A stretch of 64,000 nucleotides of DNA from Phycisphaerales bacterium UBA3190 (GCA_002364005.1 DEXG01000023.1:94702-158701); one strand, 5' to 3'; shown: positions 35,851 to 46,169, numbered from the stretch's first letter. The notes: generated from the letters alone by a model not told the origin. Numbers and translations: made by a program.

Positions 35851-38800
35851 TCGTCACAGTTCGAGACGCCTGCGTTCTCCAGGACAATGCCCTTGACCTG
35901 CGTGTGAGCGACCAAGTCGAGCAGCTCGACGAGCTCATCACGGCTGAGGGCGATGGCCGGGCCTACTTCGAGAAGACGCACGTTACTGCGGGCATGGACG
36001 AGCTGATTCGCGAGGGCATCAAGAGACTCGCTGGCAAGTCCAACAACGCGATCTTCCACCTCAAGCAGGCGATGGGCGGCGGTAAGACGCACTTGCTTGT
36101 CGGCTTTGGTCTTTTGGCGAAGCACAAGTCACTGCGAGAGTCTCATTTCGGCGAGGTCCCGCACGTTGACGGCTTCGCGACGGTTCGCATTGCGGCCTTC
36201 AATGGTCGCAATCAGCCGTCTTCGTTTCTTTGGGGCGATATCGCCCAGCAACTTGGTCGTCCTGACCTCTTCAAACCCTTCTGGGAGGGCGGGCCGAAGG
36301 CCCCGGACGAACGGGATTGGCTGAGCCTCTTCGAGAGCCCGGAGCCCACGCTCATTCTGCTCGACGAACTTCCTCCATACTTCCACTACTACGGCACACA
36401 GGCCGTTGGTGCCGGAACCGTAGCAGACATCGCAACACGTGCGTTCGCCAATATGCTGTCTGCAGCCGGCAAGAAATCCAATGTCTGTGTAGTGATATCC
36501 GACCTTGCGGCGAGCTATGACACCGGCAGCAAGCTGATCAACCGAGCCCTTGGGGACGCCAAGCAGGAGCTTGGCAGACAAGAGCACACCATCACGCCGG
36601 TCGACCTCGAAGGCAACGAAGTCTACGACATCCTTCGTAAGCGACTGTTCAAGTCGCTGCCATCCGACGACCAGATCGATGAAACGGCCCAGCAGTTTGC
36701 GAAGGCACTCGCCGAGGCAAAGAAGGCGAAGATCGCGAGCCGATCTGCAGAGGCGGTCGCCGACGAGATTGCCAAGACATACCCGTTTCACCCGCAGTTC
36801 AAGAACATCGTCGCACTGTTCAAAGAGAACGAGACGTACAAGCAGACACGCGGCCTTATGGAGCTCGTGTCTCGCCTCTTAAAGTCGGTCTGGAATCGAC
36901 CGGCGAATGATGTCTACCTCATCGGTCCGCAGCACTTCGATATGGCGTTGCCCGAAGTGCGAGAGAAGCTCGCCGATATCTCGGGGATGCGAGATGTCAT
37001 CGCAAAGGATCTGTGGGACAGTAACTTTTCTGCCCACGCTCAGATCATCGACCAGGACCGTGGTCAGGGAAAAACTGAAGCTGCGCAGGTCGGTGCTCTA
37101 CTGATCACCGCCAGCCTTTCGAACGCGGTCAACTCGGTGAAGGGGCTCACGCGAGAGGAAATGGTCGAGTGCCTTGTTGCTCCTCTTACGGACCCGTCGG
37201 AGTACCTCGACGCATTTGACGAGCTTGACGCACGGGCGTGGTACTTACACCACACTCCGGAAGGTCGCCATTACTTCGACCGGCAGGAGAACCTCACCAA
37301 ACTGCTCCAGAATCTCGCCGAGAAAGCCCCGCAGAACAAGATTGACGAGCTCATTCGGGATCGGTTGAAGAGCATGTACAAGGCCAGCCGCAAGGTGGCC
37401 TACAGCGAAGTGATCCCTCTACCAGAGCTCGACGAAATCGCCGAACGAGTCCGGAAGCAACGTGTGTTGGTCATCCACGACCCCGACTCGAAGATGCCGC
37501 CCGAGGAGGTCGCTCGCTTCTTCAACGATATTCTCCAAAAGAACAATCTACTTGTTCTGACAGGAACGCAGTCGAAGATGGCTTCGTTGGAGCAAGCGGC
37601 CCGAAACTTGTTCGCCGCTCTCCAAGCCGATGGCCGTATTCCCAAGGGGCATCCACAACGGGAAGAGTTGGAGAGCAAGACTGCCTCTTACGAGCAGGCA
37701 TTCAACGGGACGATTCGGGCGATCTTCGACCAACTCCTGATCCCGTTTCATCGACAGGGTGGACAGCCTCAGCTTCGCTCGAAGCCGCTGGACCAGACGC
37801 ATAGCCACAATGAGCCGTTCGATGGCGAGAAGCTCATCGAGCAGACGCTCCAGAGCGACCCGAAGAAGCTCTACCTGGATATCGAGAAAGACTTTGATGG
37901 TCTTCGCGATAAGGCCCAGGACCTGCTTTGGCCAGCCAACCAGGACGAAGCTCGCTGGAGCGATATGACGGACCGCATGGCCGAACAGGCAGGCATGCCG
38001 TGGCTGCCACCAAAGGGTCTCGAACAGCTCAAGGAGATCGGCTGCAGCCGAGGGCTCTGGGAAGACCTTGGCAACGGCTATGTGAGTAAGAAGCCCAAGC
38101 AGAAGAAGGCGACAGTCCAGGTCCTTGTTGAGTCCGGTCCGGATGACGAAGGAAACGTCCGACTGCGTGTCACCCCAATGCACGCTGGGAGCAATCCGCG
38201 GATTCACTACGCCGAGAATGCCGCAGCCACTGATGCCAGTCCACGGCTCGATGATGACCAGCTCACGACGAAGGCCCTTCGTGTGCAGTTCCTTGCCGTT
38301 GATCCTTCCGGCCAACACGAGAGTGACACACCGACCACCTGGAAGAACCAGCTCAAGCTCCGATGCGAACTCATCGAGGAGTCAGACCCTCGCCGTGTCC
38401 GGCTACTTGTTGTGCCATCGGGCGAGATCCGTTTCACGCTCGATGGAAGCGAGCCACGGAATGGCACGCCGTACAAGGAGCTCATCGAGATTGGCTCCAA
38501 CGAAGTCCGCATCCTCGCGTTCGCCGAGGCGGATGGCCTGGAGACGAAGGAGTCGTTTCAGTTCGCCGCAAAGGGCGAGACCAAGGTCAAGATCGACCCG
38601 AGCAAGCCGGCACACATCCAATCGGCCAAGGGTGGTGGCAAGAAGCTCGATTCTCGTGCAACGACTTTCACGGGTCTGCACGATGCGAAGGAACGAAAGG
38701 TCACCTTTGAGAACGTCGTGATGACGATCGGAGAAGGAAACAAAGGCGTTCAGGTCGTCTTCGGCGAAATCACGGTGAAGCCGGAGTACCTCCAGGCTGT

Positions 38801-38948
38801 CCTCGAATCTGCCTTGGAGGAGTTCCCGCCAGAGACCCCTGTGACGATGTCGTTCCGGAAAGCCCACTTCTCCAGTGGACACGACCTGGAGGCGTTCGCG
38901 AAAGCGGTGGGCATCGAGTTGGCACAAGGCGAGGTAGTCCAAGAGTGA
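35847..38948 (+). CDS. Large P-loop ATPase, DUF499 / BrxC-PglY-like
   Basis: 1033 aa with Walker A AMGGGKTHLL and Walker B TLILLDELPPY. C-terminal Ig/Fn3-like repeats (IRFTLDGSEPRNGTPYKELI). Confidence 0.85.
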   Translation: MIVTVRDACVLQDNALDLRVSDQVEQLDELITAEGDGRAYFEKTHVTAGMDELIREGIKRLAGKSNNAIFHLKQAMGGGKTHLLVGFGLLAKHKSLRESHFGEVPHVDGFATVRIAAFNGRNQPSSFLWGDIAQQLGRPDLFKPFWEGGPKAPDERDWLSLFESPEPTLILLDELPPYFHYYGTQAVGAGTVADIATRAFANMLSAAGKKSNVCVVISDLAASYDTGSKLINRALGDAKQELGRQEHTITPVDLEGNEVYDILRKRLFKSLPSDDQIDETAQQFAKALAEAKKAKIASRSAEAVADEIAKTYPFHPQFKNIVALFKENETYKQTRGLMELVSRLLKSVWNRPANDVYLIGPQHFDMALPEVREKLADISGMRDVIAKDLWDSNFSAHAQIIDQDRGQGKTEAAQVGALLITASLSNAVNSVKGLTREEMVECLVAPLTDPSEYLDAFDELDARAWYLHHTPEGRHYFDRQENLTKLLQNLAEKAPQNKIDELIRDRLKSMYKASRKVAYSEVIPLPELDEIAERVRKQRVLVIHDPDSKMPPEEVARFFNDILQKNNLLVLTGTQSKMASLEQAARNLFAALQADGRIPKGHPQREELESKTASYEQAFNGTIRAIFDQLLIPFHRQGGQPQLRSKPLDQTHSHNEPFDGEKLIEQTLQSDPKKLYLDIEKDFDGLRDKAQDLLWPANQDEARWSDMTDRMAEQAGMPWLPPKGLEQLKEIGCSRGLWEDLGNGYVSKKPKQKKATVQVLVESGPDDEGNVRLRVTPMHAGSNPRIHYAENAAATDASPRLDDDQLTTKALRVQFLAVDPSGQHESDTPTTWKNQLKLRCELIEESDPRRVRLLVVPSGEIRFTLDGSEPRNGTPYKELIEIGSNEVRILAFAEADGLETKESFQFAAKGETKVKIDPSKPAHIQSAKGGGKKLDSRATTFTGLHDAKERKVTFENVVMTIGEGNKGVQVVFGEITVKPEYLQAVLESALEEFPPETPVTMSFRKAHFSSGHDLEAFAKAVGIELAQGEVVQE

Positions 38949-39514
38949 TGTCAGCCACGCCGCTCAAGATGATTGACTTTGGTGCTCCCGACATCGTGGG
39001 AGCCCACGTGTTCCGCGTCGAGATCCCGCGGGCACGCAACGATGCCGTGGTCATCACTGAGCAGTATGGCTATCGGGGCGGTCATGGCGGCGTACCCGAA
39101 GAGGAACCACGCGTGCGGCTCAACCGCCATGTCTGGAGTGGAATCCGCGATGCCGCCAAGCGGGAGTTTAACACACGCCTGAAAGCAACCAAGTTGCCTG
39201 CGGGCCGGTGGAGTGTCGGAGACAACCTCGTCGATCGCATCCTCGGCAAGGAGCTATGCGTGCTGGCTTGGGCGGCCGAGGAAGCCACGGATGATGTGCT
39301 TCCGATCGTCTGCACGCGGTGGTCCGCTCTCCGGCCGGAAGAGCGGTGGTGGCTGTTCTCGATGACTTCGGCGGAAGCCGGACTTCCAGAAGACCGTGGC
39401 CGCGGCTGGCGGAAGGCACTTCGTAGTGCCCTCTGTGATGGCGAGAAGAGTGCTCCGCGGCCACGACCCGTTGAATCGCGAACGGGTCCACATCTCTTTG
39501 GAGACCTGCAATGA
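38945..39514 (+). CDS. Small accessory protein (DUF3780-like guess)
   Basis: 189 aa, start and stop both overlap neighbours (GTGATG at 38945-38950, ATGA at 39511-39514). Size and position match the DUF499-DUF1156 gene context. Confidence 0.6.
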   Translation: MMSATPLKMIDFGAPDIVGAHVFRVEIPRARNDAVVITEQYGYRGGHGGVPEEEPRVRLNRHVWSGIRDAAKREFNTRLKATKLPAGRWSVGDNLVDRILGKELCVLAWAAEEATDDVLPIVCTRWSALRPEERWWLFSMTSAEAGLPEDRGRGWRKALRSALCDGEKSAPRPRPVESRTGPHLFGDLQ

Positions 39515-42369
39515 GCACAACAAGCGAAGCCAGCCAGGTGGAGTCATTTGCATCGGACGGGGGGCTCGCTCCACACAGCCTGAAGGATGTGCCAGTCCTC
39601 ATCGAACGACTGTTCCCTGTGCAGAAGATGTCGGTTGAGAGCTACAAGGAGCAGATGGCCAACGTCGGAAAGACCCTGACTGCGTTGGGCAGCTATTGGA
39701 AGGGACGCAAGCCCCTCATCCTCAACAAGGCCTGCATCTTGGGCACATTACTACCCGCGACAAATGACCCAGTAAAGGACCTAGAGGTCTTTGAGCTCTT
39801 GATGGGTATGGACAATGACGGCCTGATGAGGCGCATGTGTGCGAAGGGTTCCATTAAGCACGGCGATCCTCTTCCTCGTAATTCGTATCACGAGCTCGTT
39901 AAGAAGTCGAAGCGACCAGAAGAGCTTGGGGATGCGTTTTTTGAGCCGATTTGGGACCGCGTCAATACCCACCTCGGCACGACCGCGTCGAGCTTCCCAG
40001 ACCTAATTGAACAGCTTGGGATCGCTCGGTTTGGACGCCGCCCGATAGTCGCCGACACATTTTGCGGCTCAGGCCAGATCCCGTTTGAAGCCGCTCGGCT
40101 TGGGTGCGATGTCATTGCGTCTGACCTTAATCCCATCGCATGCATGCTCACCTGGGGAGCGATGAATATTGTCGGTGGTCCTCCAGAGGAACGTAAAAGA
40201 CTAGCCTCCGAGCTAAAGACACTTTCTCAACGCGTGCTTGCGGAAGTTGACCGACTCGGCATAGAAACGGCGGAGCTTGATGGAAAACTCTGGCGAGGGA
40301 AGGTCTACCTGTATTGCGTTGAGACACGGTGTCCGTCGACTGGGTGGATGGTCCCCATGCTTCCAACCCGGGTAGTGAGCAAGACCCATTCAGTCATTGC
40401 GGAGCTTGTTCCCGATCCAGACTCTCAACGCTACGACATTCTGATTCGGCAAGGTGTTTCAGCGACAGAATTAAAAGCTGCTGCACACGGAACGGTCGTG
40501 CGGGACGCCCTAATCCATGTTGTAAACGGCATCGAATACCGAACCCAAATCAAGACGCTACGCGGTGACTTTCGAAGCGACGAGGGTTCGTCAGGGAGTC
40601 AACTTCGTCAATGGGAGAATCGCGACTTCAAACCTCGTCCCGAGGATGTCTTCCAGGAGAGGCTCTATGCCATCCAATGGCAGGAGGAGGGGCCGAATCG
40701 AGGGGAGCTAGCTTATAGGGGCGTGACCGCCGCCGACCTTGAACGCGAGGAGGCCGTCGACCGGTACCTATCCGAGCACTTTATGAACTGGCAGGCAGTT
40801 GGCTGGATTCCGGACATGAAGATTGAGGCCGGCTACAACACGAATCAACCGATCCGAGAGCGTGGCTGGACGCATTGGCACCATATGTTCAACCCACGGC
40901 AACTCCTTCTGCTGGGACTTATTCGCCAGTGCCTTTCGGCGGTGACATTCTTGCCATTCGCACAGGCATTGCAGTGCAACGCCCGTCTCAGTCGTTGGGA
41001 TAATTCGGCAGGCGGACGCGAAGCAGTCAAAGGTGTATTTGACAATCAGGCGCTAAATACACTCCTGAATTACGGATGCCGCGGCAGTCGCTATCTGCTC
41101 AAGGAGATGGACAAGACTCTTAAGGAATCCAGCATTCACGGTTCGGCTCGGATTGCCTGCGGTCCCGCTGAGGCGCATGGCCACGATTGTGATCTCTATG
41201 TAACTGATCCGCCGTATGGGGATGCCGTAAAGTACGAGGAGATTCTCGAGTTCTTCATCGCGTGGCTCCGCAAGAATCCTCCGCCCGAATTCGCAGAGTG
41301 GGTCTGGGATAGCCGACGAGCGCTCGCCATCCACGGGGAAGACGAGGGTTTTCGCCAAGGTATGGTTGCAGCTTATCGGAATATGACAGATCACATGTCG
41401 GAGAACGGCCTCCAGATCGTGATGTTCACGCATCAATCCACGGGGATCTGGGCAGACATGGCCAACATCGTCTGGGCAAGTGACCTTCAGGTGACTGCTG
41501 CATGGTATGTTGCAACCGAGACGGACTCTGCTCTGCGTCAGGGCGACAACGTGAAGGGCACCAACATTCTCGTTTTGAGGAAGCGGTGTGGGCACTCGAA
41601 AACCACGCGCGACGACCTGGCTTGGGAGCTTGAAGAGGAGGTCAAGCATCAGATCCAAACGCTCACGGGCCTCAATCAACAAGCCCTTGGGTTGTATCGT
41701 GACGAAAATCTGTTTGAGGATGCCGATCTTCAAATGGCCGGATACGCCGCGGCACTTCGGGTGTTGACACAGTACGCAGTCATCGACGGTAAGCAGATGA
41801 GCGAAGAAGCCTGCCGCCCGCGAGCGAGGGGCGAGAAAACCGCCGTGGACAGCCTCATCGACTTCGCTGTCGAAGTCGCCAACCGATGCCTGATCCCACA
41901 AGGCATTACCGAGAGCCACTGGCGAGAGTTGGAGCCTATTGAGCGGTTCTATCTGAAGATGCTCGGAATGGAAGCCAGCGGCGTCAGTAAACTCGACAAC
42001 TACCAGAACTTTGCCAAGGCGTTCAAGGTTTCAGACTTTCGCAGCGTGATGCAGTCGGCCAAGGCCAACAGCTCACGGCTTAAGTCGGCTGCGGAATTCA
42101 AGCGAAACGACATGGGCGAAGGCAGCCCGCTCCACAACACGCCGTTGCGGGCCATCCTCTACGCGATGATGGAGCTCGGGAAGGATGCGGACACTGACGA
42201 TGTGCTCGCTCACCTCGCGATGAATGTGCCGAACTACTACGCACAGGGGACGCGAGACCTGATCGTTGCTCTTTGTCAGTACCTCGGCACCGTGCTGGAG
42301 CCGATCCGGCCTGACGAGGCGAGCCACGCTCGCGTGCTTGCCCAGAGCGTGCGGAATCAGCGTCTGTGA
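39511..42369 (+). CDS. DNA methyltransferase, DUF1156 / COG1743-type (N6-A or N4-C, DPPY)
   Basis: Motif I FCGSGQIPFEAARLG..DLNP, motif IV LYVTDPPYGDAVKY, and a Zn-ribbon-like YCVETRCPSTGWMVP. Confidence 0.9.
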   Translation: MSTTSEASQVESFASDGGLAPHSLKDVPVLIERLFPVQKMSVESYKEQMANVGKTLTALGSYWKGRKPLILNKACILGTLLPATNDPVKDLEVFELLMGMDNDGLMRRMCAKGSIKHGDPLPRNSYHELVKKSKRPEELGDAFFEPIWDRVNTHLGTTASSFPDLIEQLGIARFGRRPIVADTFCGSGQIPFEAARLGCDVIASDLNPIACMLTWGAMNIVGGPPEERKRLASELKTLSQRVLAEVDRLGIETAELDGKLWRGKVYLYCVETRCPSTGWMVPMLPTRVVSKTHSVIAELVPDPDSQRYDILIRQGVSATELKAAAHGTVVRDALIHVVNGIEYRTQIKTLRGDFRSDEGSSGSQLRQWENRDFKPRPEDVFQERLYAIQWQEEGPNRGELAYRGVTAADLEREEAVDRYLSEHFMNWQAVGWIPDMKIEAGYNTNQPIRERGWTHWHHMFNPRQLLLLGLIRQCLSAVTFLPFAQALQCNARLSRWDNSAGGREAVKGVFDNQALNTLLNYGCRGSRYLLKEMDKTLKESSIHGSARIACGPAEAHGHDCDLYVTDPPYGDAVKYEEILEFFIAWLRKNPPPEFAEWVWDSRRALAIHGEDEGFRQGMVAAYRNMTDHMSENGLQIVMFTHQSTGIWADMANIVWASDLQVTAAWYVATETDSALRQGDNVKGTNILVLRKRCGHSKTTRDDLAWELEEEVKHQIQTLTGLNQQALGLYRDENLFEDADLQMAGYAAALRVLTQYAVIDGKQMSEEACRPRARGEKTAVDSLIDFAVEVANRCLIPQGITESHWRELEPIERFYLKMLGMEASGVSKLDNYQNFAKAFKVSDFRSVMQSAKANSSRLKSAAEFKRNDMGEGSPLHNTPLRAILYAMMELGKDADTDDVLAHLAMNVPNYYAQGTRDLIVALCQYLGTVLEPIRPDEASHARVLAQSVRNQRL

Positions 42370-42391
42370 TCTTGAAGCGAGGAGTGCGATA

Positions 42392-45091
42392 GTGTCCGGC
42401 ATTCAACGCTTCTCATCCCGGTGTACACCGCTCGACCGCGTGTACCTCGCCGACCGCTTGGCAAATGCGAAGAGCTACAAGCGAATCGCGGGCTACTTTC
42501 GGAGTTCAATCCTTGAGCTCGTTGGCGAGGAGATAGCGGGCATCCCAGATGTTCGCATCGTCTGCAACAGCGACCTCGACGTCGCCGATATAGCGGTGTC
42601 AAAGGCTGCTCGGGCCATCTCGCTGAAGGCGAAGTTCAACGAGGGCAACGCGGAGTTGGAAGCCCTTCTCTCCCGCGACCGGTATCGCAAGCTGTACGAC
42701 CTGCTGAGATCTGGCAATGTGCAGATCCGCGTGCTTCCGAAGGAGAAGGTGTTTCTCCACGGCAAAGCGGGGGTCATCGAGGGGCCTGCTGGGAAGACCT
42801 GTTTCCTCGGGTCTATTAACGAAACGAAGAGTGCATTCGCGTCCAACTACGAGATCCTCTGGGAGGACCCATCGCCGGAAGGGGTCGCGTGGGTAGAGGA
42901 GGAGTTTGATGCACTGTGGGCTGACGCGTTCGAGCTGCCCGAAGCCATCGTGGAGGAGATCGGCCGCATCGCGGACCGTATCGAGATCAGGTTCGAGGAC
43001 GCCGGGAAGGAACTCCCCGCGGCTACGCTCGCGGAGAGCCCGATCTACCGCAATGGCGAGCAGCTCCAGCCGTGGCAACGGTCGTTCGTGACAACGTTCC
43101 TGCAACACCGCGAGGCCTATGGCTCGGCGAGACTCCTTCTGGCAGATGAGGTTGGGCTCGGAAAGACGCTTTCGCTCGCGACGGCGTCGATGATCTCGTC
43201 GTTGCTTGGTGACGGTCCGGTACTCATCCTGTGCCCATCAACACTGACTTGGCAGTGGCAAGTTGAACTCAAGGACCGCCTCGGCATTCCGAGTGCGGTC
43301 TGGCATTCAAGCAAGAAGGAGTGGTTCGACCCGGACGGTCATCGGATCAGAACGCGCGGCCCGGAGGACATCGCCCGATGCCCCTACCAGATCGCCATCG
43401 TCTCAACTGGTTTGATCTTCCACCACACCAAGGAGCGGGAAGTGCTCCTTGGACGAAAGTATGGAACGCTCGTGCTCGACGAGGCCCACAAGGCCAGGCG
43501 GAGAGGTGGGCTTGGGAAAGAGGCAGGCAAGCCGAACAACTTGCTCGACTTCATGCTCAAGGCCGCGAGGAAAGCACGCCATTTGCTTCTCGGCACGGCC
43601 ACGCCAATCCAGACAGACGTGGCCGAGCTTTGGGACTTGCTCGACATTCTCGCAGTCGACAACGACTTCGTCCTCGGACGACCGCTCGTGAGCAGGTGGG
43701 TAGATCCGGAGCGTGCCCGGCCAATCGTGACAGGCGAGGAAACGCCGGACGATCAATCGGAGGCATGGGAGCTCTGCAGAACCCCACTGCCGCCAGCGTC
43801 CGAGCATCCACTATTCGCGAGTCTCCGTTCAAGCCTCGATATCGCAGACGACTTCTTCTATTCCAACCAGGGCGTGAGCGATCTGGATTACTTCGCCAAG
43901 CTTCAACTGGACCAAGCTATGGAGGCAGGCTTCTTCCGACAGCACAATCCAGTGCTTCGACATACGGTGCTTCGTCGCAGGAAGGCACTTGAGGACGAGG
44001 GGATGTTGAAGCCGATCGCGGTGGATGTTCACCCCGACCCTGACCGGCCAGACAAGTATCCCGGCCTGGTATTCACAGGACTCGGGTTGCAGACGAATCA
44101 CCCGTTTGATCAGGCGTACAAGGCGGCCGAGGATTTCACGACCGCACTTCAGCAGCGAACCAAGGGTGCAGGATTCATGCGTTCGATGCTGCTGCAACGA
44201 ATCTGTTCTAGCTTCGCTTCGGGCCGTTCCACCGCTCAGAAGCTCCTCGACAAGCAGGAGCTGGAAGACGCTGAGGACGACGGCCACGCGATCCTCGACG
44301 CGACCAGTGAGATGTCCCCCGAGGAAGCATCCTCTTTGAAGACCATTGTCGACGAACTCTCGCGCCCCGAAGCAAGAGACCCCAAGCTTGCGGCGGTGCA
44401 GTATTTCCTCGATAGGCACCGCAGCGACGGTAGGAGTTGGCTGCAGCTCGGCTGCATCATCTTCAGCCAGTACTACGACACCGCCTACTGGTTCGCTCAA
44501 CAGCTCTCGGAATGGCGGCCCGACGAACCTGTGGCTGTCTATGCGGGTGTTGGTAGGAGTGTTCTGTTCCGGCAAGGCCAACACGTCGCCATTGAGCGTG
44601 AGGAGATTAAGGCGGCGGTCAAGGACCGGACGATTCGGCTCCTCGTCGCAACTGACGCGGCGTGCGAAGGCCTGAACCTGCAGACGCTCGGCACGCTGAT
44701 CAACGTCGATCTGCCGTGGAATCCATCTCGGCTAGAGCAGCGACTCGGCAGAATCAAGCGTTTCGGCCAGGCCAGAGACAGCGTGGACATGCTCAATCTC
44801 GTTTATCACGAGACTCGGGATGAAGATGTGTATCGAGCTTTGTCACGACGACTGAAGGATCGGTACGACATATTCGGTGGCCTACCCGATACCATCGAAG
44901 ACGAGTGGATTCAGGACATCGCGCGCCTCGAAGAGCAGATGGACCTATACATCCACCTTCGCAAACAAGCGGTGGACGCATTCGACGTGAGATATCAAGC
45001 GACCATCGATCCCGAGGCGAACCGGTGGGAACTATGCAGCCGGGTGCTCTCACGGCAGGACGTTCGAGACCGACTCAGTGAATCTTGGTGA
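42392..45091 (+). CDS. PLD-nuclease / SNF2-family helicase fusion
   Basis: N-terminal PLD-like motif (LHGKAGVIE...GSINET). Helicase motifs LLADEVGLGKTL, LVLDEAHKAR, LLGTATPIQ, ATDAACEGLNLQ and NPSRLEQRLGRIKRFGQ. Start GTG 42392 follows GAGGAG. Confidence 0.9.
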   Translation: MSGIQRFSSRCTPLDRVYLADRLANAKSYKRIAGYFRSSILELVGEEIAGIPDVRIVCNSDLDVADIAVSKAARAISLKAKFNEGNAELEALLSRDRYRKLYDLLRSGNVQIRVLPKEKVFLHGKAGVIEGPAGKTCFLGSINETKSAFASNYEILWEDPSPEGVAWVEEEFDALWADAFELPEAIVEEIGRIADRIEIRFEDAGKELPAATLAESPIYRNGEQLQPWQRSFVTTFLQHREAYGSARLLLADEVGLGKTLSLATASMISSLLGDGPVLILCPSTLTWQWQVELKDRLGIPSAVWHSSKKEWFDPDGHRIRTRGPEDIARCPYQIAIVSTGLIFHHTKEREVLLGRKYGTLVLDEAHKARRRGGLGKEAGKPNNLLDFMLKAARKARHLLLGTATPIQTDVAELWDLLDILAVDNDFVLGRPLVSRWVDPERARPIVTGEETPDDQSEAWELCRTPLPPASEHPLFASLRSSLDIADDFFYSNQGVSDLDYFAKLQLDQAMEAGFFRQHNPVLRHTVLRRRKALEDEGMLKPIAVDVHPDPDRPDKYPGLVFTGLGLQTNHPFDQAYKAAEDFTTALQQRTKGAGFMRSMLLQRICSSFASGRSTAQKLLDKQELEDAEDDGHAILDATSEMSPEEASSLKTIVDELSRPEARDPKLAAVQYFLDRHRSDGRSWLQLGCIIFSQYYDTAYWFAQQLSEWRPDEPVAVYAGVGRSVLFRQGQHVAIEREEIKAAVKDRTIRLLVATDAACEGLNLQTLGTLINVDLPWNPSRLEQRLGRIKRFGQARDSVDMLNLVYHETRDEDVYRALSRRLKDRYDIFGGLPDTIEDEWIQDIARLEEQMDLYIHLRKQAVDAFDVRYQATIDPEANRWELCSRVLSRQDVRDRLSESW

Positions 45092-46169
45092 AATGTTCAC
45101 TCTCGGCTGTCAGCCGCATCCGCAAGTGCCTGCCGCGGTCTTCGTCTACACACGAGAGGCAGCCCCAGTTTCGCGTGCGGACCATCCAGCAAAACAAGCC
45201 CGGGACATTCCGTCGTCCGACGCGAACCGCGTGGGCAGCAGCGGCAAATACCGCCAGTATGTCCGCTTCGGTCTTCTTAACCAGCCCACGTAGCCTCGCC
45301 TGCTTGAACAATGCCGCCAACCGCCACGGGTCTTTGAGATCCTCCACCGTCACCTCATTCAGGTTTGGTTCTTTCGCTCGTGTGCGAGCACCAGCCGCGT
45401 CCGTCGCATGGGCGGGTTTCTGGTGATCAACTCTCGTAGAGAGTTTCTTGTGATCTCTTAGGGGTGCAGATTTGGTTGTGGATTGTGCCGGACGGTGTGC
45501 GGATTCGCTCATCCATCTCAGACAAATGACCAGCGGTCTGCCGAACCGATTCAGGCGGAGTTGGTCTGCTCGGAGCAATCTGAATACGCCAAGTTCCACC
45601 AGCCGGGTGCGTGCATCCTTGACTGCTCGAACAGCAACGTCGAAGACCTCGGCGACCCATGATGCTTTGCACCAACCGCCGGACCGACAAATGCCGTTCT
45701 TGTAATACAGACAGCGGATAAGATGACCGAGCACAGTGGCGATGTAAGCTCGCCCACTCGATTTGCTCAGCATCCGAATGACCGTTCGGGGTACCGGAAC
45801 GGGCCTTCCAGGATCATCGTTCACTTCGTACGGCATGGTGATGAGCTCATCCTCACAGAAGCGTACCAACCCGTGCCGTTGCAATGCGCGAAGTGAATGT
45901 CGAATGTGCTGGCCCCCAACTCCGCCAACTAGGCCGTGGATCTCTTCGATTGTAAAACGTGGTTTGCGTCCTTCTTCGAGCGTGCACCGTCTGGCATTGA
46001 CCTCATGGCAAGCCAACCACACGCGAAGGTCTCGGAGAGCGATCTCCCCAGACCGGAGGTATCCCCAGACAGCATGGATGCTGTTCTCGTGAATGAAACA
46101 GAATCCACCGTGAGGTTTTGCTGCTTCTACGTACCAATCCTGTCCGCGCGCGTATTCAATCGTTGCCAT
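45075..46169 (-). CDS. Hypothetical wHTH protein, possible replication-initiator/regulator of the element
   Basis: 364 aa, convergent with the helicase gene and divergent from parA. ATG 46169 follows GGAGAGAG. No catalytic motif recognised. Confidence 0.55.
   Translation of the reverse strand: MATIEYARGQDWYVEAAKPHGGFCFIHENSIHAVWGYLRSGEIALRDLRVWLACHEVNARRCTLEEGRKPRFTIEEIHGLVGGVGGQHIRHSLRALQRHGLVRFCEDELITMPYEVNDDPGRPVPVPRTVIRMLSKSSGRAYIATVLGHLIRCLYYKNGICRSGGWCKASWVAEVFDVAVRAVKDARTRLVELGVFRLLRADQLRLNRFGRPLVICLRWMSESAHRPAQSTTKSAPLRDHKKLSTRVDHQKPAHATDAAGARTRAKEPNLNEVTVEDLKDPWRLAALFKQARLRGLVKKTEADILAVFAAAAHAVRVGRRNVPGLFCWMVRTRNWGCLSCVDEDRGRHLRMRLTAESEHFTKIH

Noticed and set aside
42266-42391. N-terminal extension of the helicase ORF starting at TTG 42266
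   Set aside because: It overlaps the last 104 nt of the methyltransferase gene and translates to Cys/Arg/Ser-rich sequence. GTG 42392 has a GAGGAG Shine-Dalgarno sequence at the right distance.
36129-44584. Long minus-strand ORFs inside the defence cassette (36129-36791, 37548-38318, 38403-38942, 41053-41919, 42599-43108, 43829-44584)
   Set aside because: All are antisense to + strand genes that carry unambiguous Walker, DPPY and SNF2 motifs, and none has a motif of its own.
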